From: Tubulanus polymorphus
Taxonomy: Eukaryota > Animalia > Nemertea
Direction of reading: 5' to 3'
Assembly (NCBI RefSeq): GCF_964204645.1
Contig: NC_134029.1
Coordinates: forward strand, 16,920,950-16,984,949
DNA length: 64,000 nucleotides
Shown here: piece after piece, positions 40,801 through 52,581 of the stretch
Numbering within the stretch: the first letter of the stretch is position 1
How the letters are laid out: every line of letters begins with the position of its first letter
Program-made: the position numbers and the translations under genes
The notes under the pieces: generated by a model
Seen by the model: the letters and a program-made list of their open reading frames with translations, nothing else
The model's database searches: none
What the model was told of the DNA's origin: nothing

Positions 40801-41115
40801 ATAACCTCCCATACACATTTACACAACCCAGTACCATAACCTCCTACACATGTGTCATGATAAGCAAACAACATCGAAATTCAAATGTGTACAAGTGGAC
40901 AGAATTAAACAACATAAACCTATTACCAACTTGTGACATTATCATATTATAACATTACAAAACCCATCCAAATAGGAGACTCTGATAATCGAAACATTTA
41001 CTACATTTGCACCAGCACACAACTCCCCTATAAACAAATCTGCCTGAATAACCATAAAAGCGATAACATTAAAAACCTCATTTTCTAATGAGTAAATACA
41101 GTTTATAAACTGTAT

Positions 41116-43649
41116 TTACTCATTAGTTTTTTCAGTATTTTGTCGCTTGCCACACCAAGAGCAAATACATTCCTCAGATTGTTTCACACATGACACAACT
41201 TCATAGTGTACACCTCTGCAATTTTTCAAATAAATGTTGCCATTTAATTCACACACGATTTGGTGCACTGAAAGTAGAACCAGCGAATCGTAACCAACCA
41301 TTGCCTACAAATGTATATATATCAGCATGCAGTAAATCAGCTGTTGCAAGAATTTCAACCTCTGTCACCCAAGTACCTGTATATTTCATACGGGATTCAT
41401 CAATATACTCATTTATAGTAAGTTGTGGATTTCTCAGATGTGGTTGGAATTTGTCGGAATTCTGCCGCATGTGCTTTAAAACTTCGGTGCGTATAGCCCG
41501 ATGATATTGCTCAGTTCCACAGATTGAATATGAAATTGCCCGAAAAAAACAGCTTCCATCGCCTTTAATTTTCTGCGTATTACATGGAGAGTAGAGTTGT
41601 CCATCATATTTGGGCATACATTCATATCCGAGAGTTGAGGGTCGACAATGAATACCTAGAATAGAGCATAATGTTTTGCACTGACCTTTTTCTAGTGGGT
41701 TGTAAATTAAATCATCATGCTGCACGGATTCACTAGTAACAATTACATCGCATTCATCTACTTTTGGGTTTGTATAGGGCAGTTCATCTTCACTACTTGT
41801 TTGTTGGTAGTTTGGAGAGTATGTAGTCGTTGTTTCGATAATGCTATTCTCTACAGTAGTTTCAATTTCATGGTTGATAGAAGCCACTGTAATTTCATAC
41901 TGTATTGGTTGCCTCTGATTCATTGAAGCTGCAAGATTCTGACAATGTTTGACAATACAATTAACACAAGAGTACCTTACTAATACAGCATGTCCATCAG
42001 CGGTCATCATTCCTGATGCATCTCTCGAATGTGAATCAAATACCCAGTACATGTCATCCTGTTTTAAAACACAAAATGTATTTCCAGCAAATGTTATAAA
42101 GCATGTGTCGTAATTAAGCAGATTATTGTGCAAACATTCATGTAGTTCACTGATAATTCCAAAATTTCCAGCTCTCATTTCATCAGATAATTCAGATATA
42201 GCAACTTGAGGGGATCCAACAGTCACATTATAAATGGAATTTCCAATCTCAACAGCAGTTGGTAGCTCACTGATCAATAAATACATATTTGTTATTGTAT
42301 TCATATTAGTCAATGTTGCGTATAAATCATTTCCAATATTCAATACTGAATCAATATCATGAGGCATCCAGTTTATTACAGCTTTATTTGATGCATGAAT
42401 CATTGCAGCTAATGCATTTGTTACACATTGCTTACCTGAATGAATATCGTATTTTGGATGACCCTGGTGGAAATTTCCATGAATTGATGAACATCTCATA
42501 TTCTCAGCACTTAAACATGACTCACTGTTACCAAAATTGCCATCACAATCTCTACACGAAATCATACTCGAAATTGGTTGAATAGATGAGTCAGCTTTCA
42601 TTTTCGATGAGGTTTCATGTATATTGTGCCAGCGTTATCATGTTGAATCTTATCACAGTTGTCAAGTGTAATCTTTTCACAGATTCCATATATAGCCTTA
42701 TCATAGTTGCCTTGTTTAGTCTTATCATAGTTGTCATGCATAATCGTATCACAGTTGTCATGATTGAAGTCACAAAAAACTGATTTCACTTCAATTGTCT
42801 CAACTTTGTTTTTTGTCATATCTTCATTCGAATTAGTTCCACAATTTTGATTCATAGTCTGATCATAGATCTCATTAATATTCATTTCATGTTTTTCAGT
42901 CATTTTCATTTCATCTTTTTCATTTGTTTTCAAATCATAGTTTCCATTCATATGCATTTCATATTTTTCATTCATTTTCATTCCATGTTTTTCAGTCATT
43001 TTCATTTCATCTTTTTCATTTGCATTCAATTCATAGTTCTCATTAGTTTTTGGTTCAAAGTTTTCATTGATTTTCACTTCATACTTCTTGTTTTGATTGT
43101 TATCAGAGTTTTCTTTTTGCGTTTCGTTAAAGTTTTCATTTTGAGCGTTTTTTAGGTTTTCATTTAAGATTTCATTTTCAACTCTTCTGTAGTCTTCATC
43201 TTGAGATTTTTCATAATTTTTTTCCATTGATCCTTTTTTCATCTCTCTGTTTTGTCCAGTTAGGGCTGAGGGAACTCCAACCACCTCCACCTTCTGAAAA
43301 TAGAAAAAAAATTCATTCACTATACGTTCGTAGAATTTTCTAATGAGTTCAATTCAATTCAATAGCTTATAATTATCTCAACAAGAACCAGGGATGATAC
43401 GACACTGGTCAGTTACACACCCTCTAAGCAACTGGTTTATGATTTACTGATATGGTTTTTTCTGATAAAATACCAAAATCAGGCACCAAAATATTGCGCA
43501 GCTAACACATGTGATGAACAGTTTAATGAATTTTTTACTCGGAAAAAAGGCCTACATACTTCTTACTAGAAGATTAACATTTGCCTATGAAAAGAGGGTC
43601 TTACCTTCTTCGGCTGAAAGCTACCAGCTCTTCTTTTTCTTTTAGGCAT
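41116..43649 (-). pseudogene. Helentron-borne spliced gene: basic N-terminus, Asn/Glu/Lys repeats, herpes tegument (C76/VTD)-like deubiquitinase and OTU protease; two frameshifts
   Basis: Exon 43605-43649 (MPKRKRRAGSFQPKK, GTAAG donor) is in frame with the acceptor at 43294. ORF 41249-42601 has FHQG..GKQCVTNAL, W...DIDSVL.IG..LY, FDSH and KGDGSCFFRAIS..WVTEVEI; the OTU His box IYL..HYEVV is in ORF 41116-41301. Confidence 0.8.
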
Positions 43650-44258
43650 GATGAGTAATGTACTGATCAATATCCTATTTCAAGTATCAACAAGTATCAA
43701 GTATGTGACCTATCACAAAAGAAACATTATCACAGCATTATTAATCAGCCTGTAGGAACTTTCTCTAAAATTTCGAAACAATAGGTGACACCTGCTACAA
43801 ATAGGTATGGTGTGTTGAACAAGCAGCCTGTCAGCTGTGATAGCTCCGCTGGGTTTGGTTGATGGCAAGATTGGAAGAAAATTGAATAAAATGTGTTGAA
43901 AACAATGCATCAAAAATGTCTCCAAAACTAAACAAATTAACTGGATTTTGTTTGCAAACTTTTGGAATAAACCCTATAACCCACATAGGCTAGACGTAGT
44001 ATCCTGAACAAATGTGCAACGACGAGTATTAAAACAGGCAGTGAACACTATTATGGTTCGCCCGATTACCGATTGGTGGCTCATTTTAAGATGGGTTGAA
44101 ACAAAAATAAAAGGGTGGTCTTCCCTCTGAAACCTGTTGTTGCGGGGAATACCTGCATGATGAGTCTTGTTTAAAAAAATAAATAAATAGGAAATTGAAT
44201 AATTGGTCGTCAGGTTCCGTTTTAGAAAAGGAATGATGCCAATACAAATATCAACAAA

Positions 44259-45060
44259 TTCAAGTTCTGGAATTACTCGTATGATGGCACTAGTCAGAAC
44301 CGGAAATTGGAACCTAAATCCACCTTGTTTTGTTGATTTGCAATAAAGATCTCTCGCTTCAAGTTTTTAATGAGCATTTTTTTTCACTAAATTTGTGATT
44401 TTTGGAAAATTTTTGACAGTTGAAGTAACGTTTTGTCCAATCTAACAGATTTCCAGGATATCATACTTAAAGGATTAAACGTGATGATGTATGTATGTAA
44501 AATACACTTACTAAAAAGGAAGTGCATATTTAACCTGGATCCGGTCACCGACTTCTGAACGCTATTTTGCCAAATCCATTTATTATGTAACAATTAAATC
44601 ATTTTATTGGGTTTAGGGTAAGGGTTTGGATAGGGTTAGTGTCAAGAGGGTGAGAAGAGGGTCCACAGGGTTCGATTTCACAAGTAGGGATAGGGTTAGG
44701 GTTAGGTGAGGCTAAATGTAGCTAAAACATTCGGATGGTTTTCAATGAGCTCTGTGATCTAATAGGAAGACGCTAGGCTAGTAATTCACTGGTCCGGGTA
44801 AACTCTGTTCTCCACACTTCCTTCCAATTATCTAAGCCGCGCACCTCTTTGCGCATGTGCATAGTAAATCAGCCAATTTAGAGACAATATTTGGCAAAAT
44901 AGCGTTCAGAAGTCAGTGACCAGATCCAGTAAAATAACTACTGCCTACTAAAAAATTGAGAGGCCAGATTTTTATTGCAAATAAACTAGAACATGGCAGA
45001 TTTAGGTACCAATATCCAGTTCTAACTAGCGCCATCAGTCGAGAAATTCAAGAACCTGAC
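44259..45060. mobile_element. Foldback/MITE with nested inverted repeats inside the Helentron
   Basis: Outer IR 44259-44375 / 44945-45060; inner 41-bp IR 44535-44575 / 44889-44929 around TTAGGG-like repeats. Confidence 0.7.
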
Positions 45061-46213
45061 ATTGTCGATTTCCCCAATAATTAGGCAGGCACAATTAGGC
45101 CTATGGGCCTAGGTAGATTGAATATACAAACAGTAGACTTAAGCTTGAATCAGATCCAGAAAGCAGGATACATTTTTACACTCCCAAATGGTCTGACATG
45201 AGTGGGCGGAGTGTACTGTAATTTATGTATAATAGGCCTTCAATTTGAAATTAGCTGACATACGATTTCAATTAAGATATTTCTGTGTTCATTAAAATTG
45301 GCAGTCCCTTCTTATAGTATTTATTCACATTCACGAAAACCTGATGACTTGTTCGCATTCAGCAGAATCGGGTGGCTTAATCATAAGTCACAGGGTCAGG
45401 GAGATGGAGTGCTCCCTGCTCTCGCACACAGACACACACACACTAGTGCAATTCAAATCCCATTATTCAATATTTAAGCTGCTGTCTATATAGGCCTAAA
45501 TATTTTCTACCCATACCACAAACACTATTATTAAATCATACGCATTGGGTCAACCTTAACACCTAGCCCAAATTTGGCCTTTTAAAAGCTACTTCTATGT
45601 GTAAGTCATGCGGGATTCGATATCGATCTCACACCAACCAGACCCGACTGCTACCACAACGCGCGGATCAAGACGAATTCCGGTCGGCTTTTAATACCAG
45701 TCGTCAGATTACGTGGAAAAATACATCATATTAGGCCTAACCGTTATATATACATACCTCTCTGAAGATTGGTCACAGAAACACACAACAAAGTCGTAAA
45801 AATGCAAGTAACGTAGAGTGGCGTCGCACGTTGTAAATAAAGAAAATGGCGTCTGAGCTAAATTGACGCATGCGCCCGAAATCTGAAAACATTGAATGGA
45901 TGTCGTAGGTCGAACCCCGATTTATAAATCCGAATCCGTGATTTATTTTGAAGCTCAAGGTCGTCGGGTAATTTGCAGGCTTTTCACGATGTACATTTAT
46001 CAATGGATGATGATTCTTGCGACATTCTTATTTCCTGTTTAGACCAAATAATTACGCGGGATTAATTCATAATCAAATATAATACGCAAATTGGAAATGG
46101 TCAGGCGCTGAGTTATATTTCTTTCATAATTGAAAATTAGGTTTATAAGCTGCTAGTAGTCGAATCTGAGAGGAGTTACATTTTATGAAAAATTTTTGGC
46201 TGGAAAGGGGAAA

Positions 46214-46252
<39 letters not shown>

Positions 46253-46298
46253 CAACAGAATTACAAGAGGGTTTCTGCGAAAGCAGCAGAAACCCTAA

Positions 46299-48333
46299 TA
46301 AAATGTACTTCGTCTCCTAAAACGTTGCAAGCGGGGCATAATCTATCGGTTCTGGGTAAATGAAGGTTTGATAATCTATTTACAGGTAGGAGATAAGACC
46401 CAATCCTGAACTGAAATAAACTGGTCACTAAATCGTCATCAAGCTGATTAATATTATAGTTTTCAAATTCAATATCCTTCTTATATTGCCTAAAATTAGT
46501 GTATAGCGAGTTATTATTCAACTTAGAATCTATCTCTTGTACGTGCTGGTCTCGGAGTACACATTTTAATTTCTTTGAGAGTGTCATAGAGTTAACCATT
46601 AATTGCTGCGTCCAAATATACGATAGACCGCAGTCATCAAAAATCTTCTTAATAAATAACAGCCAGGGGCTCTTAAACCTGTAATTAATATATAAATTGA
46701 GAGATATTTTATAAAGGATTGAACTTAGTTTAGATTGCTTGCACGATACCGTTTTAGCCCAAAAATTGATCATTCTACGATTTACGTCAATATACATAGG
46801 ATAACGCCCTAGCTCTGCCAGCACTTGCACATTATGGGAATATTTCGTAACTTTCATAATAATTTTACAGAATAAGCAGTGGAGGTTTTCTAGTAAATCG
46901 AGATTCTCATAACCTCAGATTTCGCAGCCGTATAGTGCTACAGGAGCGACACACATGTCAAATAGTTTAAGCATTACATCTATCGGAAGTTTCAAACGTC
47001 TACCCTTCTGAATAATAGAAAACATGGCTCTCATAGCTTTATCATAAAGACATTTTTTTGCTTTAGCGAAACTGCCATTCCAGTTGAATTTTACTCCAAG
47101 ATACAAATAATCTTCAACTACCTCTAACTCTGGTTACCAAACATAAATTTTCTAGAAATTTTCTTGATCCTACTTTTACTTCTAGCGAAGACTAATATTT
47201 TAGTTTTATCAACATTCACTGAAAGGCCATTGTCGGCGCAATATTCAAATAGTGTATCTAAATGTAACTGGAGAGATTTTTCATCTTCAGCAAGAATGAC
47301 TGTGTCATCTGCATAAAGGATAATGAATAAGTTAAGTAAAGTCCCTAGTTCTGGATCACAATTAAGATTCAGTTTGTCAATAAATGACAAAGTTGGATTA
47401 CTGCGCGTGAGAAAAAACTCTTCAATATCGTTTAGAAATAGGGAAAATAGAATTGGTGATAAGTTTTCGCCTTGTCGTAAGCCTCTATCTGCAGCAAAGT
47501 ATTGTGATGTGTTACCGTTAAATTTAACACATGACTTAACCGAGTTATCGATATTTTTTACTATATTTAAGAAATTCCCCGTTATGCTACTATCGATTAA
47601 TTTTCTCCACAATGTAACTCGACAAACCGAGTCAAAAGCCTTCTTAAAATCAACAAAGGCGCAAAAAAGTCTCCTTCCCTGACAAAGGTACAATTCGACA
47701 ATAGTTTTCAGTGTATAAATATGATCAATAGTTGAATATTTTGGTCTAAAACCGGCTTGGGCCTCGCTAATTATATCATTTGAATCTAGGAAAGCTGACA
47801 GTCTATGATTAAATATACTAGTGAACAATTTACCTAGACAACTAACTAACGTAATACCTCGATAATTATCAGGATTAGTGGGGTCGCCTTTCTTCTTAAA
47901 AATAGGTTTGATTACTCCTACGGACCATGTTTCTGGAACATGTCCAGTTTTAAATACTAGATTGAATAGGTTTTGTAGTATGTTAACCAAACAGGGATAA
48001 CGGCTAAATTTTAATAACTCATTAGTGATTCCATCGATACCAGAAGCCTTATTGTTTTTTAAGAAAGAGATAGCTTTAGTTACTTCATCGACAGTTATGT
48101 CGCAGTTAAGAATATGATTGTCATAGACAGGAGGTTCATCACCCGTATGTTCTACATGATCGTTTATTCCGTTTGCATCGTTTAAATCATTTAGTTGCAT
48201 AAAATGTTCGAAGATATCAATATCAATATTAGCATTACTGTGTTTTGCACCAGTCGCGGAATTTAGCATCGCCCAGTACTTTTTCGGATTATTGATTTCG
48301 CAATCTCTTAGTTCTTTGATAAAAGCTTCTTTT
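46299..48333 (-). mobile_element. LINE-A 3' half, copy 1 (its 3' end is at 39329-39665)
   Basis: RT ORF 47124-48374 (QAGFR, FVDFKKAFDSV, QGENLSP, YADD), C-terminal fragments 46915-47106 and 46261-46857. Confidence 0.92.
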
Positions 48334-49271
48334 CTGAAACAAGTCAAATGTATGCTGTGTCGTATGTGCTTCATTTTTGAGAGCAGAGGATGCTGTTTTG
48401 TTTGATCGAATCGATCAGATCAGATCGAGTGAGTCGTCGACGTCGTCAGAGACGAGTTGAGGCAGGCTGGCTAACGAAAAGTTTGTTTTTAACCACTGAC
48501 GATTTGACTTTTAAAGTTTATCATAGGATTCGGTTAAATTACCTTTACAAACAGTCTCTACTCTTAAGTCAGTTAGGGAAGTTCGCAGGTTGAATGAATA
48601 GCTGTAAAAACTTTGGCCGAATAGGCCTAAAATCTAACACTTTTCTGTCATTTTTTCAACCGAGCAACCAGTAATGACGTCAAACGGGGAACGCCCAGGA
48701 CTTCTTTGAGTGTGCAGTCGGCTATGGTTTGTTCATATACGCGAAGTATCTGTCAAATAATTCAATTCAATAAACTCTTTATTGGCGCTATTGCACTTTC
48801 GTACCCCCCTACCAAAAATTTTTATTTCTGTATATTATTATTCAGGGAGGTCTGTAGAGTCAAAATAAATTACTTTTGACAAAAAATAATTTTTTTCTAA
48901 GCCAAAATTCTGATAATTTAGGGCCAATTTCCTCGATTCAAACCGACAGGTCGGCCATGTTTCCGCACTAATTACCACCTAAAAACATCTGAATAAATAT
49001 ATCTCAATAAATTTAATTGAATTGAATTGACAAAATTTCGTTTTTGGGCATATAACTTTTCTTCATCAGAACATCTTTAAATCAATAGCTAAGTATGAAA
49101 ATAATGCAATCATACGCGTTATTTTCAGAGATGGTTATGTTTGAAAACATGGTTTTTGCTAAGTTTTTATGTAGTTTTTATGTCATGACATTTCAGTGGA
49201 GGGTTAGCAACTTTGATTGACATCCAATATGGCGTTGTTGACGTGCAAAAGGTAGAAAGTTTCTAATGTCC

Positions 49272-51643
49272 GATACGAATACGAATACGAATACGAATAT
49301 TTATTTGCACTCCAACCATTTCCATGGTATATGGAGGAAAACAGTATTTACAATAATTACATAAACAGTAATAAAAGCTACAAAACTTAATTAACTGGTC
49401 TCACACTTGTGTACAAAATATACTATTTACTATTTACAATACATATATTTACAATACATACACTACCGGAGGGATTTATATACATCTAGACCTATTTTGA
49501 TGAATTTAGCCATATTTAAAGTTGGATTTTTTAATACATCTAAGTTCCGAAAGGTATTAATATCTAAGTGGTTTTCACGGGGTTCGGTAAGCAAATTACA
49601 ATCGAAAATAAAATGTACTTCGTCTCCTAAAACGTTGCAAGCGGGGCATAATCTATCGGTTCTGGGTAAATGAAGGTTTGATAATCTATTTACAGGTAGG
49701 AGATAAGACCCAATCCTGAACTGAAATAAACTGGTCACTAAATCGTCATCAAGCTGATTAATATTATAGTTTTCAAATTCAATATCCTTCTTATATTGCC
49801 TAAAATTAGTGTATAGCGAGTTATTATTCAACTTAGAATCTATCTCTTGTACGTGCTGGTCTCGGAGTACACATTTTAATTTCTTTGAGAGTGTCATAGA
49901 GTTAACCATTAATTGCTGCGTCCAAATATACGATAGACCGCAGTCATCAAAAATCTTCTTAATAAATAACAGCCAGGGGCTCTTAAACCTGTAATTAATA
50001 TATAAATTGAGAGATATTTTATAAAGGATTGAACTTAGTTTAGATTGCTTGCACGATACCGTTTTAGCCCAAAAATTGATCATTCTACGATTTACGTCAA
50101 TATACATAGGATAACGCCCTAGCTCTGCCAGCACTTGCACATTATGGGAATATTTCGTAACTTTCATAATAATTTTACAGAATAAGCAGTGGAGGTTTTC
50201 TAGTAAATCGAGATTCTCATAACCTCAGATTTCGCAGCCGTATAGTGCTACAGGAGCGACACACATGTCAAATAGTTTAAGCATTACATCTATCGGAAGT
50301 TTCAAACGTCTACCCTTCTGAATAATAGAAAACATGGCTCTCATAGCTTTATCATAAAGACATTTTTTTGCTTTAGCGAAACTGCCATTCCAGTTGAATT
50401 TTACTCCAAGATACAAATAATCTTCAACTACCTCTAACTCTGGTTACCAAACATAAATTTTCTAGAAATTTTCTTGATCCTACTTTTACTTCTAGCGAAG
50501 ACTAATATTTTAGTTTTATCAACATTCACTGAAAGGCCATTGTCGGCGCAATATTCAAATAGTGTATCTAAATGTAACTGGAGAGATTTTTCATCTTCAG
50601 CAAGAATGACTGTGTCATCTGCATAAAGGATAATGAATAAGTTAAGTAAAGTCCCTAGTTCTGGATCACAATTAAGATTCAGTTTGTCAATAAATGACAA
50701 AGTTGGATTACTGCGCGTGAGAAAAAACTCTTCAATATCGTTTAGAAATAGGGAAAATAGAATTGGTGATAAGTTTTCGCCTTGTCGTAAGCCTCTATCT
50801 GCAGCAAAGTATTGTGATGTGTTACCGTTAAATTTAACACATGACTTAACCGAGTTATCGATATTTTTTACTATATTTAAGAAATTCCCCGTTATGCTAC
50901 TATCGATTAATTTTCTCCACAATGTAACTCGACAAACCGAGTCAAAAGCCTTCTTAAAATCAACAAAGGCGCAAAAAAGTCTCCTTCCCTGACAAAGGTA
51001 CAATTCGACAATAGTTTTCAGTGTATAAATATGATCAATAGTTGAATATTTTGGTCTAAAACCGGCTTGGGCCTCGCTAATTATATCATTTGAATCTAGG
51101 AAAGCTGACAGTCTATGATTAAATATACTAGTGAACAATTTACCTAGACAACTAACTAACGTAATACCTCGATAATTATCAGGATTAGTGGGGTCGCCTT
51201 TCTTCTTAAAAATAGGTTTGATTACTCCTACGGACCATGTTTCTGGAACATGTCCAGTTTTAAATACTAGATTGAATAGGTTTTGTAGTATGTTAACCAA
51301 ACAGGGATAACGGCTAAATTTTAATAACTCATTAGTGATTCCATCGATACCAGAAGCCTTATTGTTTTTTAAGAAAGAGATAGCTTTAGTTACTTCATCG
51401 ACAGTTATGTCGCAGTTAAGAATATGATTGTCATAGACAGGAGGTTCATCACCCGTATGTTCTACATGATCGTTTATTCCGTTTGCATCGTTTAAATCAT
51501 TTAGTTGCATAAAATGTTCGAAGATATCAATATCAATATTAGCATTACTGTGTTTTGCACCAGTCGCGGAATTTAGCATCGCCCAGTACTTTTTCGGATT
51601 ATTGATTTCGCAATCTCTTAGTTCTTTGATAAAAGCTTCTTTT
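49272..51643 (-). mobile_element. LINE-A 3' half, copy 2
   Basis: Same RT ORF (50434-51684); (GTATTC)n tail at about 49272-49298. Confidence 0.92.
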
Positions 51644-52581
51644 CTGAAACAAGTCAAATGTATGCTGTGTCGTATGTGCTTCATTTTTGAGAGCAGAGGA
51701 TGCTGTTTTGTTTGATCGAATCGATCAGATCAGATCGAGTGAGTCGTCGACGTCGTCAGAGACGAGTTGAGGCAGGCTGGCTAACGAAAAGTTTGTTTTT
51801 AACCACTGACGATTTGACTTTTAAAGTTTATCATAGGATTCGGTTAAATTACCTTTACAAACAGTCTCTACTCTTAAGTCAGTTAGGGAAGTTCGCAGGT
51901 TGAATGAATAGCTGTAAAAACTTTGGCCGAATAGGCCTAAAATCTAACACTTTTCTGTCATTTTTTCAACCGAGCAACCAGTAATGACGTCAAACGGGGA
52001 ACGCCCAGGACTTCTTTGAGTGTGCAGTCGGCTATGGTTTGTTCATATACGCGAAGTATCTGTCAAATAATTCAATTCAATAAACTCTTTATTGGCGCTA
52101 TTGCACTTTCGTACCCCCCTACCAAAAATTTTTATTTCTGTATATTATTATTCAGGGAGGTCTGTAGAGTCAAAATAAATTACTTTTGACAAAAAATAAT
52201 TTTTTTCTAAGCCAAAATTCTGATAATTTAGGGCCAATTTCCTCGATTCAAACCGACAGGTCGGCCATGTTTCCGCACTAATTACCACCTAAAAACATCT
52301 GAATAAATATATCTCAATAAATTTAATTGAATTGAATTGACAAAATTTCGTTTTTGGGCATATAACTTTTCTTCATCAGAACATCTTTAAATCAATAGCT
52401 AAGTATGAAAATAATGCAATCATACGCGTTATTTTCAGAGATGGTTATGTTTGAAAACATGGTTTTTGCTAAGTTTTTATGTAGTTTTTATGTCATGACA
52501 TTTCAGTGGAGGGTTAGCAACTTTGATTGACATCCAATATGGCGTTGTTGACGTGCAAAAGGTAGAAAGTTTCTAATGTCC

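Larger units (their letters stand above)
39666..46298 (-). mobile_element. Non-autonomous Helentron (Helitron2-type) inserted in the LINE
   Basis: Absent from copies 2 and 3 (empty site atcgaaaataaaatg); no clear TSD, T-rich target. Minus-strand 5' end AGGGTTTCTGC-7nt-GCAGAAACCCT hairpin followed by (TTA)n; 3' end GCAGAAACCC subTIR then GCTGC-TAT-GCAGC stem-loop and a T run. Confidence 0.85.

Noticed and set aside
41249-42601. Endogenous herpesvirus fragment
   Set aside because: No other viral genes; the domain lies within Helentron termini next to an OTU domain
44605-44710. Telomere or chromosome fusion site (also CCCTAA at about 36990-37010)
   Set aside because: Only a few degenerate units, embedded in MITE-like elements
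46261-46300. Novel C-terminus RVSAAFAETLL on the LINE ORF
   Set aside because: Simple read-through into the Helentron 5' hairpin
47323-47682. 119-aa plus-strand ORF repeated three times, and similar antisense ORFs over the LINEs and CCP1 exons
   Set aside because: Shadow frames opposite real coding sequence; recurrence is due to the tandem duplication
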